Shown one piece after another: positions 1-13,096 of a stretch of DNA of 64,000 bases. The notes below the pieces were generated by a model that worked only from the letters and a program-made list of their open reading frames with translations, did not search any database and had not been told where the DNA came from. Position 1 is the first letter of the stretch, and the number at the start of each line of letters is the position of its first letter. The stretch spans positions 62,001 to 126,000 of the forward strand of contig JAHBMJ010000388.1 in the NCBI GenBank assembly GCA_018398765.1, read 5' to 3'. Made by a program: the position numbers and the translations under genes. This DNA comes from Chromera velia (Eukaryota).

Positions 1-72
1 CTATTCAACAGCCCAGACTCGCACTCCCATCATGCGTGCGTGCGTCAATTGCCTCCCCCTCTCTCTCTGCAG

Positions 73-812
73 ATTCCGAACGAGGGATCCTGTGCTTCCT
101 CTTTCGCCGTCGCGGCAGTCACGGTGAGCCCTCCCTAGGACTGAGAAAAAGGGTGCGGCTGCATGGGTGCATATGTTGGAGAGAGAATGGACTGCATGTA
201 CCGGTGCGTTGCCGTCTTTGGGCCGATTCAAGGAGGGAAGGAGTATTCAAGCGAGTGTCCTAGATAGACCATCATCCGTCTGAGAGCAGAGTTGGACTCT
301 CTTCCGAGCAGCGATCTTTAAGGGATAGATAGATAGATAGATAGATAGAGACATAAAGGCGGCAAGTGAAGGAAGAGGGCGCCAAACAAAGAGATCACCA
401 GGCACGCCACTGATACCATCCATGCATGGGTTCTGCCCTCGTCTGCTGTCTTCTTCTTCTTCTTCTTCTTCTTCTTTTTCTTCTTCTTCTTCTTCTTCTT
501 CTGTCTGCAGGCAGCAACCGACACGATGTGCAGACGAAATTCGACCACCTGGACGCTGGAGGCTGGAAGCGACCACTGGCTGTCCTGGGCCCAGGCAATT
601 GAGTGCACAGCGGGGGCCCCGGCAGTTCCTTCTGTCGGGGCGGGGGGATCCGACGGAACAAAGACGACACAGACAGCAGGGACGGAGACTGGATGCGACG
701 GTGGAAGTGTCGAAGACGTTCTCGAATATTTGAGTGAGTGAGTGAGTGAGTGAGTGAGTGAGTGAGGGAGTGAATGAGTGAATAAGTGAGAGAGTGAATA
801 AGTGAGTCTGTG

Positions 813-847
<35 letters not shown>

Positions 848-1423
848 GGGTCGCATAGAGAGGCTGAGAGCGTTGAAGAACTGAGAGAAAGAACAAATCC
901 TCTGTCAAAAAAAAATTCACTTCATCGATCACACTCTTTTTTGCATTCTTGTGCTTCACAGCCATGTGCTAGTTGCGTTCATGAGTCTGTCTGTCTGTCT
1001 GTCTGTCTGTCCGCTTCCGCTTTTCTGACTGCACATGTCTCATCCTTCGTTGTTGCTTGCAGGCGAGACCGGCCTATGTCTGTACGAAGACATTCCGTAC
1101 AAAGCGAGGTCGGCAAGCCAACTGCATCCGTGTGTGAAGTGAGAGCACATGCGAACAATCCCTAGGCATCTGTGCTATCGTGTCGAGTCCTTGCGAGAGA
1201 GAAACAGCAGGATGTTGCACACAAAACGCTGCATGTTCATGCTTCATCCATGTCACCCTTCATTCTCGTGAAGGAGATCTTGAAGACTTCGCAATCTCAT
1301 CCGAGTTTCACTCTCTCTTTCTGTCGAATCACTCGAAGAACCAACCGGCAAACATGGTTTTGTGAGAGCCCAGAAAACCGAAGACCTCGCCGACCTCCCA
1401 AGCAACAAAATAGAGAGCGAGCA

Positions 1424-1458
<35 letters not shown>

Positions 1459-2232
1459 AGGTTGATTGATTGATTGATTGATTGTGGGAAGTGCCCACTG
1501 CCCCTGTACGGACGTGTTTTGACGCCCCTGTTGCTGTTTTGGTCTGCAGTGCCGTGCCATCTCTGGTCACTCACAAACGCCATTGCGTGGAAAATGAAGG
1601 GCAAGAGGGGACCACCGAGGGGGGTTGTGAGAGACGGCAAATTGGCGGCTTCGTTCAACTGCCCTCCCGAAGTCAAGGCTACTCGTACAGCCAGATTGCG
1701 GTCCGTCTGTCTGGGTAAGCATGGCCATGTGTGGGGGGCATGGGCGAGGGAGGGAGGTGGTGCCTGTCTGTGAGGGTGGCAAGGTGGCCTCGTTGGAGGA
1801 TGGGTGAATGAGGAATGCGAGGCGTGGCAGGGCGTGTGGCTCGTGCGAGTCTGAACGACTCGCCCTCTTGAGCTGTTCCTTGAGTGTCTTCATGAACATT
1901 TCAGTCATCAGTTTCGACAATGACTGAATTTCTCAGTGGGTGGGATTTGTTCGACAACTGCAGCGATGCTCTCAAGTCTCTCTGTGGCTCTGTGTGCGCT
2001 GATCACACCTCCGTGCTCCTACGTGTCCTCCGTCTCGATCGGCTCTTTCGTGTCTCGAGTAGCTTTGTACGCGTGCATAAATTGAGTGGGTCCATCCCCC
2101 TGCTGCCTGCCTTCCTACTTCTCCGCAGGATTTTATAAAGCAGGCCCTTGCCGATGGGAGTTCTGTTGTTGCGTCAATTCTCGTCAGTCTTCCAAGAATG
2201 GATAGGGTCCATCAGATGAATGCATGAGTTCT

Positions 2233-2301
<69 letters not shown>

Positions 2302-2590
2302 TCACAGCTGCACATGATTCAAATGCACAGACCCGGAAGCAGACTGATACACAGACAGAGGGTGGGGGTGAGAAGGGCACATAAATTCCTGTATCTCCAT
2401 TTGTTGTCTAGGGAAGGATACAGCATGAAGAAGGAAGAGGACTTTCTTACGCTCACTGGCACCCCCCTGATCCACGTTTTCCCTTCCCTCTGTTTCTTCT
2501 TTGAGTGACGCACGCAGACGGGGTCTCTTCTGCTAGCAACAAAGCGAAACTGGACAGACACAGCTGCAGACGTCTCCCTTGGGGAGGGAA

Positions 2591-2630
<40 letters not shown>

Positions 2631-4316
2631 TCGGGCCCGAGAGGCACTCACAGGACTTTTTTCTGTATTGCACGTTTGCATATCATGTGGACAGTGCAAA
2701 GATACATGCAAAAGACGACACGTCTGCGCCTTGCCGTACTCTTTTCTTTTCGGTGGGAGGATTTCCTGATTTCTTACACAAAACTGAATGTTTCCGCGTC
2801 CCTCTGTTTAGATAGGACTGATCCGCTTAGCATGTACGAATTTCCTCAGAAAATCACGCGGCGGCGTTTTGGAAGTCGCATTGTAGTTGGGAACGAAGAC
2901 TGACTCTGCGTATCAGCAGGCGTAGATATCTACGGGAACCGTACACATATCAATCAATACACCTGGTGGTGATTGCAGACGAGCCACGCGGTCGTGATTG
3001 TCGGCTAGACCCAAAAAGAGGGAAGGGACTGCTGGATTGTGTCAGTCAATCAGTGTATCAATCAGGATGTCAGAACCGAAATGATCTTTGTGCAAAATGG
3101 GTGACTCCGCTTTTCTGTCGGCCTCGAAAAGAACTTCTTTTTTATTATTGCGAGTCGTTGGCTTCTGTGGGAACTCCAGCTCCAGTGCGGCCGGAGGACG
3201 CTTTTTATGCTTTCTATATCACAAAGGACTCTCTCACAGAGCTTCGTAAAGATTCATGCAGTCTGCCACATAAAAGAAGACGTTGTTGATGCCGGGCACA
3301 TTAGCGGAGTGGTATCAGAGTAAACGCAAAGAAGCCAACAACGCTGTCCGTAGATTCGTTCGGTCGTTCCCCTTTCGGAAAGGAAGCTGAGAAAGGGAAA
3401 AAGGGAAAAAGAAAGGAAGGGCTAGAGCAGCGTGTGTTGTCCCACTCCCTGGAAGAGAAATCTTTACATGCCTCTTCTCATCCCTGTCTCGATCTTCTGC
3501 ACCTTCTTCGACTGCATGTATTTGATCAATTTTCTATTTTTGCATGCAGCCGAAATTCTTGGGGAAGGGGTTGGGGGGTCAGTCGATGTTTCTTCGAAGT
3601 CTTCTTCCCCTCGATCGTGCTCGTCTTCTTTCCTTCCTTGGGGGGTTTGGTTTCCCTCCGCTCGTCTTCTTTCCTTCCTTGGGGGGTTTGGTTTCCCTCC
3701 GCTCGTCTTCTTTCCTTCCTTGGGGGGTTTGGTTTCCCTCCGCTCGTCTTCTTTCCTTCCTTGGGGGGTTTGGTTTCCCTCCGCTCGTCTTCTTTCCTTC
3801 CTTGGGGGGTTTGGTTTCCCTCCGCTCGTATTTTATTTATGAATACACCTCTCCGTTGTTATCTTGTCTGCGGTCTTGCTGTGATAATGTGCTGAAGACC
3901 TCATTTCTTTCTTTCAGTTTTCTGAATCAGTCAAGAGATGCCCCCCCCTTTCCAACGCTCGCACGCCCTTGCGTCGCCTCCCTTTGCTTTCCTCCTGTCC
4001 CCTCCCCCTTTGAAGCTTCCCCTTATCGATCGTCTCTCCTCACTCTCTGCTGTTGTGGGTAAATTGATGGATGCCTCCGTCATAAAATGTTCTCGCCTTT
4101 TGCGAAGTTGTTCTTGATTCCCTCCACTTGATTCACTTTGACTGCTTTCTTGATTGATTTCCTGCCTGCAGGACGACGGCTATTTCTATGTGCCTATCGG
4201 AGAGAATTCCCAAGGCATAGAGAGCCGCGTCTTCATACCCCTTCTTGACCCTCAGGGAAGACTCAATTTCCCTCTGCCTCCACGAGTTCATTTTGGGGGC
4301 GTCATCAGCTCTGAGG
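73..4316 (+). CDS. Papain-family (C1A) cysteine-protease-like gene, multi-exon, 5' part outside window; catalytic Cys replaced by Ser and one in-frame TAG (possible pseudogene)
   Basis: Manually spliced GT-AG exons with compatible phases: 73-123 IPNEGSCASSFAVAAVT (cf. QGxCGSCWAF); 511-733 ...LSWAQAIECT...GCDGGSVEDVLEYL; 1063-1108/1138 GLCLYEDIPYKA; 1550-1700 ...IGGFVQLP...; 2129-2182 DFIKQALADGSSVVASIL; one exon unresolved near 2830-2940; 2979-3040 TSHAVVIVG*TQKEGRDCWIV; 3550-3577 RNSWGRGWG; 4172-4316 DDGYFYVPIGENSQGIES. The C1A motifs occur in the canonical order. Confidence 0.85.
3619..3829. repeat. Intronic minisatellite, 41-bp unit, 5 identical copies plus a partial copy
   Basis: GCTCGTCTTCTTTCCTTCCTTGGGGGGTTTGGTTTCCCTCC starts at 3619, 3660, 3701, 3742 and 3783, with a partial copy at 3824. 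Confidence 0.95.
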
Positions 4317-4773
4317 GTCTGTCTGTCTCTTTCTTTGCTTGTCCATCCGAGTGTCTGCCTGACTGCTTGTATGTTTGTCTGTCTGTCTGGATGAGTGCGT
4401 TTGGGAGGAATGGAAAGGATGTCAGTCCACACAGGAGAGACTAGAAACAACTGAATACAAAAAAATGGTAGGGGTGCGGAGATACAGCAAGACAAAGAAA
4501 GGAAGCCAAAAAAAAGAGCGGAAGGAATAAGGAACAGAAAGAGGAATTCCCGTGAAGCCTCGAAAAGAGTCGAACGAAGCCTTTGAACGAAGGTGGGGAG
4601 GGGAGGGGAGGGGAGGGGAAGGGGGGGGGGGGGGCGAAAGGTCCAGAGACTTGACTGTTGAGATCAACTGTGCAGGCATATCAGATATGTGGTATTAGAA
4701 CAAGCTTGGCTAGAGTTGGTGACATTCGGAACGAAAATGAAGACCTAATCTTGATCGATGGTGTCAGAAAAAC

Positions 4774-4860
<87 letters not shown>

Positions 4861-5083
4861 CTACGTTCCCTTTTCTGCATCCCCTAGCTGCACTTCTTTG
4901 CACTGCCCCCTTCCCCTCTCCTTTTCTTCTTCTCCTACAACTTCATTGCTGGGATGCACCTGTGTGCAAACAGTCGGGAGAGCGAATTTTGGGTGGGTGG
5001 GTGCACGGGTGGCCTTATTTTGTCTGTCTGGTTGCTCCCTCTGTGTACTGAAAGACACACCTGTTTGCTGATTTATTCAGCAG

Positions 5084-5561
5084 GTCGACGGACGATTATG
5101 GCATCCTCCCCAGAAGCAGAGAGGGTGAGTGAGTAAGTGAGTGAGTGAGTGAGTGAGGGGTAGGACAGAGAAGGAGTTGAGGAAGAGAGAGTGCGGAGTG
5201 GAAAGGGGGGAAGAAACCGGGGGGGTTGTCTGTTTTTTGCTTCCTTTGCTTCCCCCCTTCCGTTGGGAATTGCATTCATTTAGAGCGTCTGTTCTTGAAC
5301 TGTCCTGAAAAGCCGTTCTCAAAACCACTCACTGTTTTCTTTTTCATCGTGGTCTGTCTGTGCCATCATCTATGTCTGTCTCTGTGTCAAATTGTACTTT
5401 GCGTGACCCTCCCTCCCTCCCTCCCTCCCTCTTCAGATGTGGTTCATCATCTGCGCCATCGCCGAAGATAAGGAGCCCTCAGAGAGAGGAGTCTCGACTC
5501 ATGAGAGCTGTTCGACTTACAGGGGTCTGTCTGTCTGTCTGTCTGTCTGTCTGCCTGTCTC

Positions 5562-5598
<37 letters not shown>

Positions 5599-5627
5599 GT
5601 GTGTGTTTGTTTGTTTGTCTGTCTGTG

Positions 5628-5662
<35 letters not shown>

Positions 5663-7184
5663 TTGTCTGTGGACCCTGAAATTTGGATGTTTTTGTTCTT
5701 TTCCTCTCATTTCCTCTCACTGTAAATTTGTTTAGGTTTCACTCTTTCTTGAGTCAGCGAGGGAGGAATGATATCTATCCTCCTGTCCAAAGAGAGAGAG
5801 AGAGAGAGGCAGACAGACAGACAGATAGACAGACAGACAGACAGAGAGGGAGGGACTGCAAATCTTCGAAATTTTGTGTATTCGGACCTCTTCACATTGA
5901 ATTCAGTCGCCAGGTACACACACATGCAGTATGATCATCCAAGTTCGAAGGATTGTCAGGACACCCAAAGCTGCACGCCCATTTCTTTTTTCTCTCCAGA
6001 CTCCCAACAGAAACGGAATTGCACTGGACAAAGATCGACACACACTCGTTTGAATGCAGGCGAGAGAGGTTATCCCAACGAGGACGGGGACACGAGCGAA
6101 TCCTTCAAGGTGAGTCCATCCTGCTTGAATGAACGTTCCATTGAGGGAAGGAGGCACTGCAGGCAGGCATCCAGTTGAAGTGTGCACACGGAAGGAAGGA
6201 AAGGAACGGAAATTGACAAGGATACAACACAGAGACTGACAGTGCATTTTATGGATGCCCTCTTTTCTTTTTCCGCATTTTTGGGGGCTTCTGTGGACGA
6301 GGTTTTGTTTTGAATTAATTGCCTTGTCACTGTCCGCTCCACGATATGGTCACCCAGTGTGTGCGTCAGTTGACCAAGATCTTTAGATTGAGCACAAGTC
6401 CGAAAAAGGTCATCCGGAATTTTGGCTGCGGCTCTCAGATGTCGCCGGGCTTTTGCAACTCTTTCTCTTCCTGTTTCTCTTTTTTCGGTCTTGACATCTT
6501 TATCTTTGCCCTTCTGTTTACATCTCTCTCTCCAAGTGTACTGGGATCTCTGCATGAGTATATCGACATGTTGATCATTATGCCTACCCCTCTTTCTGTG
6601 TGCAGTTATCCTTGCTCATAGACGGAAGCGGATTTGCTGGAAAGTCTGGTAAGTGATGGAAATAACCCGTTGTCAGTGCCCATTTTTTCCTTTTCCGGGT
6701 TTCTCTGTTTCTCTGTGCCGGTGTTCCGTGTGCTAGTTTGCTGTTTCGTTTGTCATTGTATTTCGTCTTTCGTTGCACTTTTACCCCTCCTTCCATTGTA
6801 GCTTCTTTTCTTTCTTTCTCCTCCCTTGTTGATTCTTCCCAGTCTCCTCTTTCTCTTCGTTTGGAATTTGTCCTGTCTTCCGCTGGACCCGTTTTCGGCT
6901 CTTTTTCTCTGTCTTTTGCTTTTCGGGAGTTTTAATTTGCAGAAGTTCTGTAGGTAGCCCTGGGACCCTTCGGTGGAATGAAGAGAAGTCCAAAAAAGAC
7001 CAGACCCACTGAGCGAGTGAAGGGGAAAAGCGAAGGAAGAGCAAAAGGGAAGAAGCACAAAGGAAAGGGAGGAAGAGACAAAAGCAGTAGACAAGAAGAG
7101 ACGAACAGATAAAGAAGGGGATCGACTGTCTTTCTCTCTCGGCTGTCCCCTCCTTCTCTCTGTCTCTCTCTCTCTCTCTCACAT

Positions 7185-7225
<41 letters not shown>

Positions 7226-7815
7226 CGGATATGGGCATATGGGACTGACTGACTGACTGACTGAAAGACTGTGCATACATGTATGCGTGCAGTCGAGGTG
7301 TCGGCCCTGGCCGTGTCTGCCACAGGCTCTTCCAGTCTCCTGCTTCCCTTCGTTCGTCTCGAAGGGGCCTTCCCTCCCCTGTCAGTCAGTCTCTCCCTCC
7401 GTCAGTGCACACTTAATTGTTATGAATATGTCGTGCTCGTATGCATTTTCTTTTGTACGAGCATCACAGACATTCAAACATTCTCCATGGACTCTTCAGT
7501 CTGTCAGAATGTGCCTGATAAGAGTATGTGTAGAGAGCAAGTGAGACAAAAAAAAGAAGGTGGATTAATAGGCTCTCTGGCTTTTCCCCTTATATGAAAT
7601 TGGCGCCACAAGATCCTCCTTCTGCATTTTTTCCACATCCTTTTACATCGGCGCGCAACGAGCAAGGTCTGAGTAAAACACGGAGACGGATGCATGCTGA
7701 ACCTGAAAAACTCGGTATCCTGGAAAGAGAGAAGTAAACGCCTCAGAGTTCGCTGACGGGTCTGCACACATCGCTTTGCATTCTTTGCCACAATGTCAAC
7801 TCACTCTCACTCACC

Positions 7816-7880
<65 letters not shown>

Positions 7881-8067
7881 CAAGAGAGAGATGGAGAGGG
7901 GGGGNNNNNNNGGGGGGGGGGGAGCTTGGGTTGATTCCCTTTTCTGTCGCTGTGCAGAGCTGAGGGAGTTCAAAGCTCGGACCAACCCACTTCCACTCCA
8001 ACCGACCCCCTTCCTGAAGCCGCACTCCTTCTGGACCTCCCCCCAACTTTGAGAAGTTCCGTGCAGG
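5084..8067 (+). CDS. Probable C-terminal extension exons of the papain-like gene (no recognisable domain)
   Basis: Phase-compatible chain of short GT-AG exons after 4316: 5084-5124, 5437-5524, 6000-6109, 6606-6648, probably 7293-7380 and ~7958-8067, flanked by microsatellite-rich introns. The end of the gene is uncertain. Confidence 0.45.
5525..5668. repeat. (CTGT)n/(GT)n microsatellite
   Basis: Directly visible simple repeat inside a putative intron. Confidence 0.9.
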
Positions 8068-8419
8068 TCAGAATCAGATATGTCTATCTTGATCCCGCAC
8101 CAAGCAGGAGGTCAATCAGTCACCCGCTTGCTCGCTCACCTATTCCTTTTCTGACTCAGTCCGACTGTGAGTCAGCCAGATTTTCCGGTCCATCAAAGGA
8201 CGCGTGTTGTCTCTCCGCAATACAGATCACTGAGATTCAACGAAATGATCGCGTTGCTGTCTCAAGCTAGCTCTCAACCTCTCCCCCAAGAGGAAAACAG
8301 AGACTAAGCTACCTTTTGGCAGTGCTTGCCTCTACCCATGAGGGTGAAGTAGCTGCAGTACCCTTCAGAGACACCGCTTCTCCTTGAATTGTGTGTGTGT
8401 GTGTGTGTGGCTCATCAAT

Positions 8420-9480
8420 GCAGGGATCCGCATAACGGGCACCAGCGCCGGTCCAAAATCAGACGCCGCCACCTTGTCAGAATCACTGGCATAAACAGAT
8501 TTCTGAAGAGACTGATAAATTTATTAAGAAGTATGAAAAGCTGTTGCTGATTTGCAAGCTAGGCTACAAGAAAACCAGCTGACGTGCAGAGCTAGAAGCT
8601 TTATACTGGTTTGTAGGCTAGGCTCTTAATTGAGTCTCAAATAAAAGTTATCATATAATGTTTGGCATTCAAATATCATAATCTCTATGTATAAAAATCT
8701 TGATGACCAACAGACTGATTGATAATAAATTTATAATCATAAAATTATTAATAACAATGTTATAAGTAATGATTAAGTCAAAAGTCGGCCTGGTTAAGAC
8801 ATTAAAAATCTATATTGCTTTTAAAATGACCAAACCGTCTCGTATCATGAGTCGTCTGTTGCTGCTTAACTGCGGCGTCTAAGTTAAGATGCCTATTTAT
8901 AAGCTAATGACGATGGTGTATAATGATCGATGATAATGATGCAATGATGCTGGCCTACCAAGCCTGCAAGCCTAATAATAATAATAAGAAGAAGAAGAAT
9001 AAGAATAAGAATAATAAAAATAATGTGGGGTTAATATTGATTACTAGATATCTAGTAGTACTAAATCTTAAGTTATCATAAGTTATACTTAGTTTTAGTA
9101 GAACAAGGGCATATTACACTGCTAGCTAGTTACTTTGACAAGCTAATAAACCTAGTACTAATAAACAGTGGTAAAATGCGAATCGAATGCAATAAATACT
9201 ATTGTAAACACTAAAGATAACTAAGGGCAAAAATAAGTTTAAACCGTGTTGATGGACAATGATCTTCAAGAAAGATGTTTTAATGAATACTAGAATAAAC
9301 GAATGAAACAAAAAGTTGTTTCTTGAACGTATATTGAATAAGTAACCTATATATTCTAAATTGAAAATATACAGATCATGCCTAGAATATAGAAAGCTCT
9401 CAAACAAAGAAAAACATTTGATATCGCTCTGACTTGGATCTCTAACGCCGTCTGAAAACGGAAAAGACTCGCTGTATCTT
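8420..9480. mobile_element. AT-rich decayed repeat/transposon relic (family unknown)
   Basis: Abrupt switch to AT-rich, TAA/TAG/CTA-rich sequence starting at a CAGGGATCC... motif; no credible ORF; matching end not found. Confidence 0.3.
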
Positions 9481-10831
9481 GCTTGGCTGAATTCAGTTGG
9501 AATCGAATTGCAGATTTTTTTGAATTACAATGCACACCTCGGGCCTCGCAAAAACCCAAAGAATGACATTGTGAACGATGCACAGCTTGACCAAAATCAA
9601 GAAGCAACCACTGTGACGATTAAAAACTGGAAAGCAAGTGATCCATTAAAAAGAAGAAGGGCTCAAACAAAGCAGGCAATTCTAGAGTTGTCACCCAACT
9701 TTATTCCATCAGTGTCTGCATCCATCCGCCCACCCACTCTTGCAACAGCTGCTTTGGACATAAAGGAAGGAAGCAAGTGACCGGATGACTGTTCAGAAAA
9801 CCCCCTTTCCTCAACGTTCCACTCATCAAACAAACAGAAAAGTCTTCCCCCTGATCTCCAACAGTGTTCGTTCCTTCTCCAGCCTTCCTTCTCCCCTCAA
9901 TGATCGAGAGAAGGGCACCGCCTTGGCTTCACCCCGACAAAACTTTCGAAAAACAAAACCGAGACTTTCTTTCTTTCTTCCTTCCCTTGCTTCCGTCTTT
10001 CCTTCCCTGCCTTCTTTCTGATTTTTTTTCTCTTCCTTTCTCCCTTTTTGTTTTCGTCTCGGGCAGCACCCGCCCATCTGCGCAGCCACTGAACGACCAA
10101 CCACTCGTAGAGGGACGCTGTTAGAAGCGTCGAGCCAGACCGAGCCACGTCGATCGATTGGCCCACTGTCTCCCTCCAAATCACGCATTCATTCTTGCAT
10201 GCACACGTAGCACAAACAATCAGTTGCGACTTCACGCTATCATGCACTCACATGAAAGAAATCTCCCTGGAAGAAGAAGAAGAAGAAGAAGAAGAAGAAG
10301 AAGGAGAAGAAGAAGAAGAAGAAGAAGAAGAAGATCCCTGAAAGCCGGCAGGCAGGCAGCTGCATGGAGGCCGCTGTCTGTCCATCTGTCAGGCTGCACA
10401 GCGAATTACAATACGGCTCCCCCCCCCGCCTCCCTCCCTCCCTCCCTCCCTCCCCTGCTCACTCACTCACCCCCCCAATACGACTGTCATCTTATCAACT
10501 ACAGACCCCCCCATGCACTTTTCTGACGCGTCGCACCCCCTTCCGTCCAAGCCCGCCAGGAAGGGAGGCAGGCTGATCGATCACTGATGCATAGCGAGAA
10601 GTGAAGCCGGCAACGCGGCACGCATGCAAAGGTTGCTCTCTCTCTCTCTCTCTCTCTCTCTTTTGGTCTCTTCTCTTCCTCAAGAGAGAGCAAAAAAGGA
10701 AAGGGAGGAAAGCGCTTGATTGCCTTTCCGTTTTCTTCTTCCACCCTATTTGAATTTGGATTGTGTACAAAGGAGTCTGAAACAAACATGCAGGCAGATA
10801 GGACCACTCAATGTCAGATAGATGGAGAGAA

Positions 10832-10876
<45 letters not shown>

Positions 10877-11159
10877 ACAAAGGGAGATGGAGGGACAGCC
10901 AGCCTCTGCCTGAGCCGTCTGTCTACAGACAATTTCTTCTTCCGTGTCCCCTTTGTTTGACTTCCCTTCAATCTGAACGTCCCCCCCTGCCCCCTTGTAT
11001 GTCCATTCCTTTTCTTCTCTTCACCGATGTTTGGTGTTTTCGTGGCCCCGACAAACGCAATCTGTCTCTTTGAGTTTCATTTCTCTGATGCATGGACCCT
11101 TTCCTTCTCCAATCCATCCATCCATCCATCCATCCATCCATCCATCCATCCATCCATCT

Positions 11160-12473
11160 CTACAGCTCCCGAGCAAAGAGATTGCAGAGAACTCTGTAGA
11201 AGGCCTCGAAGAGCATCGTGAACTGCGCTTCGTTGCAGGACCCAAAATCCCCTCCCAGGGACTCCTTGCAAGGCGCTATGTCGTCACCCGAATTGGCGTA
11301 ACAGGAATCGATGGAGTCAAACTGGATGCACGTGGGAATATCCCCCGGCACCTCTGGAAGCGGCCCGTAGACCCTGCAGGAGATCTTCGCGAGGGTGCAC
11401 ATGGACTCCTGCACCACGCTCTGCATCCCTGAGGAGGCGTAGGTCGGGCAGGCAGAGGCTGGGCCACAGCTCGACTGGCACATCTGGTTGCACTGGCTCA
11501 GAACATTCGCGCTGCCTCCCCCGAACCTTGACTCGCAGTCCGAGCAGCAGACGTTGGTGAGGGGATTCGTCGGGAATTGCTGTTTGCATATGTGGAGGGG
11601 AGGGGGCGCAGGGGAATAAAAACATTTGACGTGTCGATATGTGCACATGGATGAGTCTGGATGTCCAGCAATCTATATATCGTGTTGGAGGAAAGGACCG
11701 ACGAGATGAGAAACGGGATTCTGATCGTTAATGAAACCTCTCTACTGCCCCCATGCATTCTTGACTTCGCTTTTTGGCAACAGCATGAGCTGTGTCCTGC
11801 ATGAGAGAGGAGAAGGACCGGGGAGTGCGGCTTCTGCAACATCACGAGTCTGTCTGAAGAGATTGACAAAAGACAGGATCGAAGGGACCCGGCCGAGGTG
11901 GACTTCCGCATGCAGATGCACACAGACACAGAAACAGATAGAGCTCTGGGCGCAAATTTCAAGCAAGACAGTGGAAGAAGGATCATAACAGAAAGATCAA
12001 TACGCCTTTTTTTCCATGCAGACGGGTATTTTCATTCACCCGTTTGCGTTGTCATGAATAATATGCTTTGAGTGTACCAAAAACGCACGTACACACATGT
12101 CGATCAAAAACCTAACCAATTCAAGAGCGACGCCAACCTCCCCTTCATTTATGTATAGGCTCATGCACATACTCACCAGTGCTCTAAAGACGGTCTCGTA
12201 GTTCCCTTGATAGAAAGCTCTGAGAAGCACCATTCTGCATCTCGCGTTGCACTGCCTCTGTTGGAGTTGCCTCAAGAAGGAGCCCGCCTCCTCCTTCTCC
12301 ACTTCCTCAGCTCCTTTTCCATTGATGCCAAAGAGTCCAACGAGAGACCTGAATTCATCATGTTGACTCGTCGAAACACCAGAGAGGGAAGGAGAGGGGG
12401 CCAAGAGGTCCTGACCAAACCCCACTATCGATAGCACAAAAAAGTGCAAAAGAACAGCAACTGTTGTTCGCAT
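11160..12473 (-). CDS. Secreted cysteine-rich protein (~238 aa), 2 exons (12473-12177 and 11579-11160)
   Basis: ATG at 12473 gives the signal-peptide-like [20 protein letters not shown]. The GTGAGT donor after 12177 and the CAG acceptor before 11579 join in phase 0 to a Cys-rich exon (CCSDC...[15 protein letters not shown]...) that ends in a stop at 11160. Confidence 0.75.
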
Positions 12474-13096
12474 TGAGAAAGGAAGAAAAGGAGTCCCGAT
12501 CGCAAATGTAGATGACAGCAGTTCCAAGAGCTGAGACTTCTTCAGGAAATAGCGACAAAGATGGTGTCCTCTGACTGCGCTTGTACTGCAGCAGATGTAT
12601 TGGTGTCGACTGGATGTATTCTCGTATATATTCTTTTGCAACACCTGTCTCTCAAAGCAACAGGCGCAGAGGCGTTGGACGTCCGAAACGCCAGATGCTA
12701 CTGAATGTTACTTGCAAAGGCGAATACAGAGTCTGGGAGTCGGTCCGCCAGAGCGATATTGACATGATATACATCGACACTGTCACTGCTTTCTTTCAAT
12801 TCACTTCTGATGTTTCAATGATTCATTGTTGCAACTTGCAGTGTGCATGCATGATTCCAAGGGTAAATTTTAGCTAGAATTCCTAGGGGCCCGCGCCCCG
12901 TTGTCCGTTCGTAACATGTTACGCGCGCGGGCCCCGGCGCCCATGCATGCATGCATGCATAGAAGGTCCGTGCTTTGCATGCATGTCTGACCTTTGCATC
13001 ATATTACTCTCAACATCTCTCAATTATAATGTCCCTACGGGACATGCCGTAACCCCCAGTGGTGAGAGGTGCGTACGTGGATGTTCGTACGTGGTT

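Noticed and set aside
247..856. Minus-strand 150-200 aa ORFs at the window start
   Set aside because: Built from (TCT)n, (GAGT)n and (CT)n repeats, antisense to the papain exon at 511-733.
3432..4062. Three overlapping ORFs with repeated FLPWGVWFPSAR peptides
   Set aside because: Caused by the 41-bp intronic minisatellite; only the 28-nt RNSWGRGWG exon is credible.
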